DNA from: a virus
Taxonomy: Duplodnaviria > Caudoviricetes
DNA: 64,000 bases
Strand: one strand, 5' to 3'
IMG/VR virus record: IMGVR_UViG_3300010429_001617
The notes below the pieces were generated by a model. That model did not search any database. It had not been told where the DNA came from and was given only the letters and a program-made list of their open reading frames with translations. How positions within the stretch are numbered: position 1 is the first letter of the stretch; the number at the start of each line of letters is the position of its first letter. The position numbers and the translations under genes are program-made. This document shows, piece after piece, positions 28,451 through 39,391 of the stretch.

Positions 28451-29257
28451 GTGGATGAAAGTAAAAAAATATTTATTATATCAGATAGTACTGGCCGAAC
28501 AGCTAAACAAGTTGTTAAAGCTGCTCTCACACAATTTTCGGATTCTGATGTAGAAATATTGGTTTTCTCTGACGTTCGAGAAAGTGATTCCGCTAAAGAA
28601 ATAATATCGAGAGCTAAATCTGTTGGAGCTCTCGTTATTCATACTCTCGTTGATATACCTCTAAGAGATTCAATTGTCCATCAATGTCGATTAATGAATG
28701 TGAATTCACTGGATTTAATGGGCCCGATTTTAAATAAATTATCAAATCTTTTTATAAATAAACCGTCCCAGACTCCAGGTCTTTTTGAAAAAATAAATAG
28801 AGAATATTTTCAAAGAATTGACGCAGTTCAATTTGCTTTTAAACATGATGATGGCATCAAGTTAGATGACATAAAAGAAGCTGAAATAATATTGTTGGGG
28901 GTGTCTAGAACTTTTAAAACTCCGTTGAGCGTTTATTTAGCTTATAAAGGATGGTTTGTTATTAATGTGCCAATAGTGAATGGGATTCAACCACCATCAA
29001 TATTAAATGAGGTCGATCCAAAAAGAGTTTTTTGTTTGACGACAAACGCTCATCGGTTATCTGAGCTGAGAAGTACTAGAAATGAAAAATTGGGTGGTTT
29101 CGCAAAAGAATATGCTGATCCAATATCAGTTAGAAATGAAATTCTTTTCGCTATGCGTTATTATACTTTACATGGGTGGAAGATAATAGATGTTACTGGA
29201 AAGCCAATAGAAGAAATATCATCTGAAATATTGGATATTTTATCTAAAAATTCATGA
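28451..29257 (+). CDS. ppsR: PEP synthase / PPDK regulatory protein (kinase-pyrophosphorylase, DUF299)
   Basis: IISDSTGRTA, YFQRIDAVQFAFKHDDG, LGVSRTFKTPLSVYLA, IDVTGKPIEE. Confidence 0.9.
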   Translation: MDESKKIFIISDSTGRTAKQVVKAALTQFSDSDVEILVFSDVRESDSAKEIISRAKSVGALVIHTLVDIPLRDSIVHQCRLMNVNSLDLMGPILNKLSNLFINKPSQTPGLFEKINREYFQRIDAVQFAFKHDDGIKLDDIKEAEIILLGVSRTFKTPLSVYLAYKGWFVINVPIVNGIQPPSILNEVDPKRVFCLTTNAHRLSELRSTRNEKLGGFAKEYADPISVRNEILFAMRYYTLHGWKIIDVTGKPIEEISSEILDILSKNS

Positions 29258-29320
29258 GAAATTTTTTTCATATATGTTAATTATGTCATCAAATTATTAA
29301 TATATATGAATAAAAATTAA

Positions 29321-32300
29321 ATGGCAACATATTATATATCTCCAACAGGTAATGACAATAATAATAGTGGAACAACATCAAGTCCTTGGTTCTCTTTAAA
29401 TAAGGCATGGACTATAATACATTCAGGTGATACGGTTTATATGAGAGGCGGCACTTATTCATATTCAACACAGCAAGTGATGAATGGTGTTAATGGTGTT
29501 TCTGGTGGCACTATCAATATATTTGCATATTCAGGTGAAACTCCTATTATAACTAAAGGTTCTGGATACACGTACAATGACACTTATGGTTATGGTTGTT
29601 ATTTTAGTGGTGATTACTTTCATTTTAAAGGGATCGAAATTTCAGGATTTACACAAGAAACGGAACATGTTTGGCATGGTCTAAGAGCATACGGTAGTCA
29701 TAACACTTTCGAATTATTGAATTCACATCATAATGGAGCTGGTATGCTGTTAGGTGAAGGTTCTAATGATAATTTAATTTTAAATTGTGATTTTCACCAT
29801 AACGTAGATTTATTGAGCCCGATTCCTTACAACAATGCGGCTGGTTTATCTACATCAAGAAACACAAATACATCAGCAACTAATACAGTTCGTGGGTGTA
29901 GAGCATGGTGGAATGCTGATACTGGGTTTGATGCTTATTATAATGAGGGGTTTGTTACTTGGGATAATTGTTGGTCTTTCTATAATGGATATGTCCCAGA
30001 TACTTTTACACCAACGAGACCAGATGAAATGGGTGAAGGTGCTGGTTGGAAATATGGTGAAACTGAATATGAATATCCAAATACTCATAAAAGAACAATA
30101 ACAAATTGCTTGGCCTTTAAAAATAAGGCAACTGGATTTTTTATAAACGGTGCTGTTTTAATAAGTCACACTTATAATTGTACAGCATATTTAAATGGGT
30201 GGATTGGTTTTTGTTTAAATATGGATGTGCCTCATGTTGTTAGAAACAATATAAGTTATCAAAGTGGTTCTTATAATTGTTCGTTAGGAACACATACAGG
30301 AATGACCAATGATCACAACACTTTTATTGCCATAGAAGTTGAGAATACTGGATATACAATAAGTGATGCTGATTTTGTTTTCATATCTGGGTATACAACT
30401 CAACTTTTTGGAAGTAGAAAACCAGATGGTAGTTTACCTGATATAACATTTTTACATTTGGCTGAAGGGTCAGATTTAATTGATGCTGGTATCGATGTCG
30501 GTTTACCTTATAGCGGAATATCTCCAGATTTGGGGTGTTTTGAATCAACAGGAACTACATACTATATTTCAGAGAGTGGTGATGATACTGGTGGAACTGG
30601 CTCAATTTTAAATCCTTGGAGAACATTGAGATACGCCTGTACTCAAGTAACAACATCTGGTAATACAATATATGTATCCGGTGGAACTTACACTGAAACA
30701 TCAGGTAGTACAATATTATTATCACCCGGAGTTAATATAACAGGTGAGGGGGATAGTTCTCATATCATTCTCACTTTCTATTCTAATGATTGGGATGTTG
30801 GTGCTATTCATTTAACAGGAGATGAGAACACTATAGGTAATCAAGAAATAAGTAATATAAAGCTTGATGGACAATTAACAGCATCCAGATGTTTAAGTAT
30901 AAATAAAGTTGGATATGTTAAAGTTCATAATTGTACGATTGTTGATTTCATAGAATGTGGAATATTGGTGAGGGGTAATAATTGGGATGGGACAGCTTTT
31001 GCGTACAATAATGAAATATATGACTGTACCATTACTAATTGTGCACATAGGGAAGAAGGACAATCAACTGGTTTAATTATATACGTTTATCAGGATGGAT
31101 TAAAAATATACAATAATATCTTAGATCAAACAACAAGATCATTAAGTTCAAATGGAAATGGAAATATTTTAAATGGCATAAATGCTCATAACAGAAATAT
31201 TAAATTTTATAATAATAAATGTTATAAGCCAGTATATAATGGTAGCTTTTGGAATTTTCATATAGAAAATTGGCATATTGAAGGAGGATTTGAGATTTAT
31301 AATAATGAATTTTATGGTGGGGACTGTGTTGTAGATTGCGCTGGTGGTATTAAAAGTGGTTATAGTTATTCTTATTATATACATGATAATTACATAGAAT
31401 ATTCTACAGGTGTTACCACGCCAAGTTATCATGGTACATGCGCAATAGATATAGAAGGAACCCCAACAGAAGATCTCATAATATCAAATAATCATTTTGT
31501 AGGATGGCCCGAATGTATCGGAACAACAGATGGTGGTAGTCCTGGTGCATCATCTCATCATTCTAATATTTGGATTTATGATAATTTATTTGAAGAATGT
31601 GGATATAGCAATGCTAGTTATTCAGGTGAAGTTTTACATTTCAATATTTATTTATTTACTGGTTCAACCGTGTCAAATGCTTATATTTGGAATAATACTA
31701 TTTTATCTGATCACACATCTCCAAATGATGGTATATTAATACAAAGTTCTGGTATAATAAATAATATTGAAATAATAAACAACATATTCAGTGGATTTAC
31801 AAATCATAGTTTTTTTAGATCGGAAAACACAGGTTCTTTAAGTGGATTAACCATAACGAATAATATAACTTATCAAAACGCAAATAGTAATGATCCTACA
31901 TTCACTGGAAATTCACCATCCGGATACACTTTATCTGATAATATAAAAAGTGATCCATTATTTGTTTCATCAACAGATTTTAGTTTACAATCTTCATCAC
32001 CGGCTATTGATGCTGGTGTTGATGTTGGATTACCTTATAGTGGAACAGCTCCAGATATAGGTGCTTTTGAATATACTGGATTCACTGGTAATATTTATTA
32101 TGTTTCAAGCAGTAGCGGTGATGATAGTTATGACGGAACAATAGAAAATCCTTGGAAAACTATTAATAAAGTTAATTCTTATTCAGCAAATTATAATGCT
32201 GGTGATTCTATTTTATTTAAAAAGGGAGATACTTTTATATTAACTGAAAAATTATTTATTGATAAAAGTGGTGATTCTGGCGGAACTATAACAATTAGCT

Positions 32301-34090
32301 CATATGGAACTGGTGAAAATCCGATTCTTTCTGGGTTTGAAGTGCTTTCTGGTTGGACAAGTTATGGTGATGGTATATACTACACAAACACGTCATGTGA
32401 TACACAAGATGAATATTCACAAGTTTATATAGTGATAGTGGATGGCGTCAATACTCCAATGGGAAGGTATCCGAAAAGTGATTGGTTATCTTATGATCAT
32501 GCCGATTATGATGGACAATATTATTTTACTGATTCTCATTTAACTGGGGCAACAAATTGGACCGGAGCCGAAGCCGTGATGCAGAAAGTGAGATGGATGG
32601 TAGATAGAAACAAAATTACGTCTCATTCCGGCACAAGAGTAAATTATTTAAAAGGATCTAATTGGTATGCATCCGATAACTATGGATATTTTTTCCAAAA
32701 TGACATAAAATGTTTGACCGAGCTTGGTGACTGGTGTTACACAGGGAACACAATTTATATGTATTTTGGTGGAGTTGATCCCAGTACAAAGATTGTTAAA
32801 ATTGCAACCAGGAACACTGGCATAGAGGTATATTATAAAAGCTACCAAACTTATGAAAATTTAACAGTTGAAGGAATTAATTGGTATGGTTTTAATAATA
32901 GAGCCAGTTTAAATATATCTATTAAAAATTGTGAGTTTAGATTTATTGGTATGTATGGAATATTAAACAATCCGTTTGATGGTACTTCTTCTATATACAT
33001 AGATTCTAATTATTTGCATGATATTACAGGAACAGCCATCAATATTAGAGGTTATGGTCATTCTATGATTATAAAAAACAACGATTTGGAAAACATAGGA
33101 ATGCTTCCAGGTGGTGTAGCATTATCAGCAGATGACGTGTGGGCAGACGGTATTGTTGTTGTCCACGATGGCACTATTGTAGAAAATAATAGATTGATAA
33201 ACATAGGACATATTGGCATAAAGTGCATGACGGCTAGTGATTTAACGATAAGATATAATTATGTTGATGGTTTCGGTCTAACTCGATATGATGCTGGCGG
33301 CATCTATACGTGGGATGATAGTGTAACAAGATCTGGCAATACTATTGATCACAACATATTAATGAATAGTCGTCAAACAAGTGATTCTATTGGCGGTGAC
33401 ACTTATTTGGCTCTTTATGGAATATATCATGACGAGCATGGCGAAGGATGGGTAGATAGTTTCAACACATCATATAACTGTAGTTCATCTGGATTATTAA
33501 TATTAGCATCAAATAATATTACGGTGTCTGGTAACACATTTTATAATAATGGAGAATCACAACTATCGATTAGCGACTTTTGGTTCGATGTTTATGTTAC
33601 TGGAAATACAATAAAAGACAATTATTTCATATCAAGGACATTAGATCAACTATGCATGGAATGCAATTCTCAATATGACGCAATAAGAGACATCGGTTTA
33701 TTTGACAATAATATTTACGCTAGACCAATTGATGACAATCTAACCATAACAACGAATACAAATATGTATAATCCAGATCCAACTTATTTGACATTAAATG
33801 GTTGGAAAACATATAGTAGTCAAGATTCCAATTCCAATAAATCGCCTGTGACTTTAGATAATGTGAACAAAATTTTATTTTATTATAATACTGGCGCTAC
33901 ATCCAGGACTATTTCTTTATCAAGTGATTATAAAGATGTCGCCAATAATTCATATTCAACAAGTGTCACAGTAGACTCCTTTGAATCCATTGTCTTATTG
34001 GAATATTCTCCGTCAGTTTTAACCAAATCATATTCAATTGGAGGGCGTCCTTTATCTATTAACGGAAAAGTTATTATAATTTCTGGGTAA
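29321..34090 (+). CDS. large virion protein with three right-handed beta-helix (pectate lyase-like) modules; putative tailspike/depolymerase
   Basis: Three starts YY(I/V)S..G.D...G....PW; PL9-like first module; AIDAG.DVGLPYSG..PD.G.FE linkers; late promoter at 29298. Confidence 0.75.
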   Translation: MATYYISPTGNDNNNSGTTSSPWFSLNKAWTIIHSGDTVYMRGGTYSYSTQQVMNGVNGVSGGTINIFAYSGETPIITKGSGYTYNDTYGYGCYFSGDYFHFKGIEISGFTQETEHVWHGLRAYGSHNTFELLNSHHNGAGMLLGEGSNDNLILNCDFHHNVDLLSPIPYNNAAGLSTSRNTNTSATNTVRGCRAWWNADTGFDAYYNEGFVTWDNCWSFYNGYVPDTFTPTRPDEMGEGAGWKYGETEYEYPNTHKRTITNCLAFKNKATGFFINGAVLISHTYNCTAYLNGWIGFCLNMDVPHVVRNNISYQSGSYNCSLGTHTGMTNDHNTFIAIEVENTGYTISDADFVFISGYTTQLFGSRKPDGSLPDITFLHLAEGSDLIDAGIDVGLPYSGISPDLGCFESTGTTYYISESGDDTGGTGSILNPWRTLRYACTQVTTSGNTIYVSGGTYTETSGSTILLSPGVNITGEGDSSHIILTFYSNDWDVGAIHLTGDENTIGNQEISNIKLDGQLTASRCLSINKVGYVKVHNCTIVDFIECGILVRGNNWDGTAFAYNNEIYDCTITNCAHREEGQSTGLIIYVYQDGLKIYNNILDQTTRSLSSNGNGNILNGINAHNRNIKFYNNKCYKPVYNGSFWNFHIENWHIEGGFEIYNNEFYGGDCVVDCAGGIKSGYSYSYYIHDNYIEYSTGVTTPSYHGTCAIDIEGTPTEDLIISNNHFVGWPECIGTTDGGSPGASSHHSNIWIYDNLFEECGYSNASYSGEVLHFNIYLFTGSTVSNAYIWNNTILSDHTSPNDGILIQSSGIINNIEIINNIFSGFTNHSFFRSENTGSLSGLTITNNITYQNANSNDPTFTGNSPSGYTLSDNIKSDPLFVSSTDFSLQSSSPAIDAGVDVGLPYSGTAPDIGAFEYTGFTGNIYYVSSSSGDDSYDGTIENPWKTINKVNSYSANYNAGDSILFKKGDTFILTEKLFIDKSGDSGGTITISSYGTGENPILSGFEVLSGWTSYGDGIYYTNTSCDTQDEYSQVYIVIVDGVNTPMGRYPKSDWLSYDHADYDGQYYFTDSHLTGATNWTGAEAVMQKVRWMVDRNKITSHSGTRVNYLKGSNWYASDNYGYFFQNDIKCLTELGDWCYTGNTIYMYFGGVDPSTKIVKIATRNTGIEVYYKSYQTYENLTVEGINWYGFNNRASLNISIKNCEFRFIGMYGILNNPFDGTSSIYIDSNYLHDITGTAINIRGYGHSMIIKNNDLENIGMLPGGVALSADDVWADGIVVVHDGTIVENNRLINIGHIGIKCMTASDLTIRYNYVDGFGLTRYDAGGIYTWDDSVTRSGNTIDHNILMNSRQTSDSIGGDTYLALYGIYHDEHGEGWVDSFNTSYNCSSSGLLILASNNITVSGNTFYNNGESQLSISDFWFDVYVTGNTIKDNYFISRTLDQLCMECNSQYDAIRDIGLFDNNIYARPIDDNLTITTNTNMYNPDPTYLTLNGWKTYSSQDSNSNKSPVTLDNVNKILFYYNTGATSRTISLSSDYKDVANNSYSTSVTVDSFESIVLLEYSPSVLTKSYSIGGRPLSINGKVIIISG

Positions 34091-34156
34091 TTAATTTTTT
34101 ATTTATAAACAATTTCTTAATTTTGCTCTAACATATGATAAAATTAGGAAATTGTT

Positions 34157-34771
34157 ATGAACATTGGAAAATTGACAAAAAGATTAGAAGAATATCGATT
34201 GGATGATTATTTAGATATATTACTGAGCGAAAATCCGTCCAATAATAGACCTTATCACAATTTGTATCACATACTTTGTGTGGTAGATTTTTGTTATAAG
34301 ATAGGTAGGAATTGTGGTTTAACAAAATATGAATTAAGAACTTTGATGTTGGCCGCTATTTTTCATGATTTTGGTTATTATTCTAAAATTGATGCTGAAA
34401 ATATAAAAAGGGCTATAGAATTTTTTAACATCTATTCACACGAAAGCCAGCATACAAATGATAAAGTGATAAAAATAATACAAGCGACCCAATATCCATA
34501 TATCATCAGTGACAATGAATTGAATCTCAGTCAGAAAGTTATAAGGGATTCGGATCTGTTACAATGGACCAAAAAGAATTTTATTGAGCAGGTAATTCTG
34601 GGTCTGTCAAAAGAAATGGAAATCCCCATAGATAAGTTTATAGAAGGACAAACTAAATTTATGTTGGGTTTGAAGTTTTATACAGAAATGGGTCAAGAAA
34701 TTTACGATGAGAATATTGATAAAAAAATAAAAGAGGTTGAAGAATATAAAAAGAATAAAAATATTTTATAA
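34157..34771 (+). CDS. HD-domain phosphohydrolase
   Basis: PYHNLYH, AAIFHDFG, IRDSDL. Confidence 0.8.
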   Translation: MNIGKLTKRLEEYRLDDYLDILLSENPSNNRPYHNLYHILCVVDFCYKIGRNCGLTKYELRTLMLAAIFHDFGYYSKIDAENIKRAIEFFNIYSHESQHTNDKVIKIIQATQYPYIISDNELNLSQKVIRDSDLLQWTKKNFIEQVILGLSKEMEIPIDKFIEGQTKFMLGLKFYTEMGQEIYDENIDKKIKEVEEYKKNKNIL

Positions 34772-34847
34772 TATTTTTATTTTATATGAAAATTTTATTT
34801 AAATTTGTGAAATATATCCAAAAACAATAATCAAAAAAATAGAAAAC

Positions 34848-36005
34848 ATGAAAAACGAAGAACCATTTGTGGTTGAAGCAACTGTTGTTGAGACAACTGA
34901 AAAAAACCAAAACTCAAAGAATGATGTTAAAATTATCAAACTGGATCCAACTAAAAAATTGGATCTATCTAAGTATGACCCACAACAGATAGAGAAAGCA
35001 AAAGAGATTTCAAAATCTCTTTCTGTGGAAGATACCAATTCGATTTTAAATTATGGCATTGAGCTGCAATCAAAATTGTCAAATTACAGCTCAGAAATAT
35101 TGAGTAATGTTCGAAACATAGACACTGGTGAAATGGGTGAAGTGGTTCAAGATCTTTTATCTGAATTGAATATGATAAAAATCGAAGAACCAAAAAACGC
35201 TCTCTCCCGTGTTGTTTCTAATCTTCCTGTTATAAGGGGATTAGTAAATAAAACAAAGAAAATGCTCATTAAATATGATAAAGTCAGTGGTAATATTGAT
35301 AATATCGTTGTTAAAATTGATCAAGGAAGATTATCTCTGTTGAAAGATATTAACTTGCTCGATAAAATGTTTGATAAGAATGTTGAATATATCGATGATC
35401 TGGATTCCTATATTTTGGCTGCTCGTATGAAAATAGATGAATTAGAACAAAATATCGCTGAGATGGAAGTATCTGGTAATTTCGAGCCATTTGAAATACA
35501 AGATGCTAAAGGATATTTGGATAGGCTAAAAAAGAAATTGACAGATCTGCTTCTAACAAAAGAAGTTACAATTCAAACTCTCCCACAAATACGAATTATT
35601 CAGGGTAATAACTCCATCATGGTAGAAAAGATCCAAAGTGCTGTTACAAATACTATTCCTCTATGGAGAAATCACATCTGTATGTCTGTGGCTATAGATA
35701 AACAGAAGAGGGTGATCGAAATTCAGAAAAAAATCAATGAAACCACGAACCAAATCATATTGAAGAACTCTGAAAAATTGAAAGAAAATAGCGTTAGTGT
35801 GGCTAAATTGAATGAAGAAACCATTGTTGATATAGACACTTTGAAGAAAGTGAATCAGGATTTGATCAACACACTGGATGAAATTTTGAAAATCAAAAAA
35901 GAAGGCGACATAAAGAGAGCTACCATTGAAAAAGAGCTCGAAGTGATCGATAAAGAGATCAAAGATAAGGTCATGGAGACACAAAAATTAATCTCTACAA
36001 AATGA
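34848..36005 (+). CDS. telA: toxic anion resistance protein (TelA/KlaA family)
   Basis: ILNYG..LQ.K, QTLPQIRIIQGNN, KIQSAVTNTIPLW, ILKNSEKLK. Confidence 0.85.
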   Translation: MKNEEPFVVEATVVETTEKNQNSKNDVKIIKLDPTKKLDLSKYDPQQIEKAKEISKSLSVEDTNSILNYGIELQSKLSNYSSEILSNVRNIDTGEMGEVVQDLLSELNMIKIEEPKNALSRVVSNLPVIRGLVNKTKKMLIKYDKVSGNIDNIVVKIDQGRLSLLKDINLLDKMFDKNVEYIDDLDSYILAARMKIDELEQNIAEMEVSGNFEPFEIQDAKGYLDRLKKKLTDLLLTKEVTIQTLPQIRIIQGNNSIMVEKIQSAVTNTIPLWRNHICMSVAIDKQKRVIEIQKKINETTNQIILKNSEKLKENSVSVAKLNEETIVDIDTLKKVNQDLINTLDEILKIKKEGDIKRATIEKELEVIDKEIKDKVMETQKLISTK

Positions 36006-36649
36006 TGAATTTTAAGACTTATGAAGAATGGGCATCTGAAAAAACATCAGGTGCCCAACATAGTCCAGAAACTTGTGTTTCTGAAAATAATGTTCGTTGG
36101 ATGAAAATGACGAAAATCTATGAGCCGACTTTTATAGATGATAAAAAGAAATATGAAATAAAAAATAATATGATAAGGGTGCATGATTTATATTTTGATA
36201 ACGACATTTTATTGTTCTTGAATTATGACGACATGAATGTTTTTATCAATAATATTAAAAAATTAAAAGTTGTTGGAAAGGGAGCTGATTACTCAACCGT
36301 CTTTGAGATCATTAATGAAAAAGATGAGAAAATGTTCATCGCTCTAAAAAATAACGTTTTTTATAAATATGAAAATAAAATTGTATCGGTTATTCCAGAT
36401 ATAAATGAGGATGATATAACAAAAAATATATCCGATTTCAATGTTGAAATAGAAAAATTGAAAATAGAGTTAGATGATTTGGACGGCAACAAAGAAATGA
36501 TTATTGATAACGACACGATGGAACTATTGATGGGTTACAAAGAAAAAATCAAGAATTATTATGATGATATTGTTGAAAAACAAAATAATATAGATGTCCA
36601 AAAAGACAATCTGGAATTAATGATGGAGACAGAAATACTAAAACTATAA
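36002..36649 (+). CDS. hypothetical protein
   Basis: 215 aa, coupled to telA; coiled C-terminus. Confidence 0.6.
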   Translation: MMNFKTYEEWASEKTSGAQHSPETCVSENNVRWMKMTKIYEPTFIDDKKKYEIKNNMIRVHDLYFDNDILLFLNYDDMNVFINNIKKLKVVGKGADYSTVFEIINEKDEKMFIALKNNVFYKYENKIVSVIPDINEDDITKNISDFNVEIEKLKIELDDLDGNKEMIIDNDTMELLMGYKEKIKNYYDDIVEKQNNIDVQKDNLELMMETEILKL

Positions 36650-36653
36650 GAAA

Positions 36654-37490
36654 ATGATTGTTGGTAAAACTATAAAGAGTGGAATTCCTGTTACTTTGAA
36701 AAATGGTAAATATATTATCAAAAAAGAAGATAAATATTATACTATTGATCAAAAATATGTCATATTCTTATCTTCAAAAGAGATAGGAACGCTTGGCGGT
36801 GTTCCTGTGTCACAAGATAATTTTGGCACATATAAAATAGATAAAAATAAAAAGCATTATTTGACACCAGATGAAAGATCAGATATCATTTTTAATCAAA
36901 GTCCATCAAGTTTGGTTAGAGTTATGTCAAATACTACCGTTGTCAAATCAGAAAAAAGAAATCTTCTACAAAGAATCATAGAAAGAATTTTTAATATTTT
37001 TAAAAGAAAAGAAGAAACCGATATTGATTCTACTGAATTAGATATATTGAAAGTTCAGGAAAATAATTATAGAATATCCAGCGAATCGATGGCTAAAATA
37101 AACAAACTAAAGTTTTATATGGACAGTTTTAAAACTTTTCCTCTTTTACAAGACATCTATGATTATACTAAAATGTTTCACGATACAGTGATTCAAAATA
37201 ATTCGAAATTACAACTAATCGAACAGTTCCACTTATATTATACAGATCATTTTATTGAACTTTTTGATAAAATTATTGAGAATAATAAAATGAGAATATC
37301 TCTTATCGAGAAAAGGAAAGAAAAAATTAAAAAGGATATTGTTGCGATAGAGAAAAAAAGCAACGCTGAATTAAGTAAAATAGATAGAGTTAATAAAATA
37401 AAGGACGAGTCATTGAAATATGAAAATATGGTTATTAAGCAAATATTAAATGATTTCGATCAAAAAATAGCATCAGATAATACTCGTTAA
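36654..37490 (+). CDS. hypothetical protein, possibly XpaC-like TelA partner
   Basis: QFHLYYTDHFIELFDK segment; location downstream of telA. Confidence 0.4.
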   Translation: MIVGKTIKSGIPVTLKNGKYIIKKEDKYYTIDQKYVIFLSSKEIGTLGGVPVSQDNFGTYKIDKNKKHYLTPDERSDIIFNQSPSSLVRVMSNTTVVKSEKRNLLQRIIERIFNIFKRKEETDIDSTELDILKVQENNYRISSESMAKINKLKFYMDSFKTFPLLQDIYDYTKMFHDTVIQNNSKLQLIEQFHLYYTDHFIELFDKIIENNKMRISLIEKRKEKIKKDIVAIEKKSNAELSKIDRVNKIKDESLKYENMVIKQILNDFDQKIASDNTR

Positions 37491-37539
37491 AAATTTGTTT
37501 TTTGTTTTTTTTTTCATGTGAAGAAGATCTTCTCCATCT

Positions 37540-38040
37540 TTAAGATGTGGGAAGATCTTCTTTTAATAAATCTTTGACTTGATTTGATGACACATAAGAA
37601 TATATTTTATCTTGATTTTGAAAATTATGTATGGGCAATTTTTCTACCTCTGAATACATATAATTTGAGAAATTTATCATTTCATCTATACCAATTTTAT
37701 ATTCAAATGGTGGTTTATAACTTTCTGGAAATCTGTTTTTAAATAAAGATATATCTCTTAGTATAACACTTCTTATAATATATAATTTATTATTATAAAT
37801 ATTAGATTTTTCTTTCAAAACTTCATCTATATGAAGTCTGAATCTATGCATTATGTTTGGGGTATCTACTATCTTCAAAAGCCCGATAACATAAGCACTG
37901 TCTTCGTCTATTGTGGTCGGTTTATTTTCTTCTATGATTTTATTAATTTCATCGTTTGTTTTATCTTTTAAACAGAATCTTCTATAATCGTACCACAAAC
38001 AACGTTTTATTATGTCTTCTGGAGTTATTAAAATTTGCAT
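37540..38040 (-). CDS. hypothetical protein
   Basis: 166-aa ORF. Confidence 0.6.
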   Translation of the reverse strand: MQILITPEDIIKRCLWYDYRRFCLKDKTNDEINKIIEENKPTTIDEDSAYVIGLLKIVDTPNIMHRFRLHIDEVLKEKSNIYNNKLYIIRSVILRDISLFKNRFPESYKPPFEYKIGIDEMINFSNYMYSEVEKLPIHNFQNQDKIYSYVSSNQVKDLLKEDLPTS

Positions 38041-38078
38041 ACAAAGTGTTATTGTTTTTTTAAGAGATATATATTTAA

Positions 38079-39089
38079 TTATTTTCCATATAAATTTATA
38101 TCATTTTTCATCATTATTTCAACTAGTTCTTTAAAATGAACTTTTGGTTCCCATCCTAAAATAGTTTTCGCTTTTGTCGCATCCCCCAATAAAGTATCCA
38201 CTTCAGATGGTCTGAAATATTTTGGATCAATTTTAACTACGGTTTTTCCATCTCTGTCAATGCCCTTTTCATCTAATCCTTCACCGATCCATGTTATTGT
38301 TCCTCTATTTAAATATTGAAAAGCTTCTTCAACAAATTCTTTATTTGAATGTTGTTCGCCTGTTGCTAGTACGAAATCATCTGGTATTGGATGTTGTAAC
38401 ATCAGCCACATGCCATAAATAAAATCTTTAGCGTATCCCCAATCTCTTTTGGCTTTTAAATTTCCTAATAAAATTGGTTCTCCTTTCGCCGTCCAATTTA
38501 CTAATCCTTTTGTTATTTTTCTTGTGACAAATGTTTCTCCGCGCCTTTCGCCTTCGTGATTAAATAATATGCCATTTGAAATAAATAAATTATAAGACTC
38601 TCTATAATTTTTTGCGATATTAAATGCGTATTGCTTTGCTATACCATATGGAGAAACAGGATTAAATGGTGTTTTTTCATTTTGTGGTATTTCTAGAACT
38701 TTACCAAAAAGTTCTGATGTACTGGCCTGATAGAATCTACATTCAGGAACATGTTTTTTCATCGCCTCTAAAATTTTTAAAGTCCCTAAAGCGTCAACTT
38801 GTCCAGTGTATTCTGGTAATTCAAAAGATACTCCGACATGTGACTGTGCAGCTAAATTATAAATTTCATCTGGTTTGACTTTAAAAATTATATTATCTAT
38901 AGACAATGAATCGGTCATGTCACCATAATGAAGAATCAGTTCATTATATATGTGATCTATTCTACCTGTGTTGAAAGAGCTTGATCTTCTTCTCATACCA
39001 TGAACTTCATAACCTTTTTCTAATAAGAGATCGGCCAAATGAGATCCAGATTGACCTGTTATACCAGTGATCAAAGCTTTCTTCTTCAT
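38079..39089 (-). CDS. gmd: GDP-mannose 4,6-dehydratase
   Basis: [56 protein letters not shown]. Confidence 0.95.
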   Translation of the reverse strand: MKKKALITGITGQSGSHLADLLLEKGYEVHGMRRRSSSFNTGRIDHIYNELILHYGDMTDSLSIDNIIFKVKPDEIYNLAAQSHVGVSFELPEYTGQVDALGTLKILEAMKKHVPECRFYQASTSELFGKVLEIPQNEKTPFNPVSPYGIAKQYAFNIAKNYRESYNLFISNGILFNHEGERRGETFVTRKITKGLVNWTAKGEPILLGNLKAKRDWGYAKDFIYGMWLMLQHPIPDDFVLATGEQHSNKEFVEEAFQYLNRGTITWIGEGLDEKGIDRDGKTVVKIDPKYFRPSEVDTLLGDATKAKTILGWEPKVHFKELVEIMMKNDINLYGK

Positions 39090-39391
39090 AAAATTTTATT
39101 ATTTTTTATGTAAATTCTAGATAGAATAAACATTTTTTTTTATTTGAACTACATCCGCAAGATATTTCAAATCATTGTAAATATTTTTTAAATATAAATT
39201 ATTTATTTTATATGGATTAATTGAAAAAAGTTTATTAAATTTGCATCTCTTTATAATATTATTTATCAACAACATAAAAAAGTTTAAAAAAATAGAGAAA
39301 AACAATAAATATTTTTTTATATCAGACAAAGATCTTATCTTTGTATCAACAAACGACAAACAAAAAGTTCAACAATTAAAAACACAAAACA

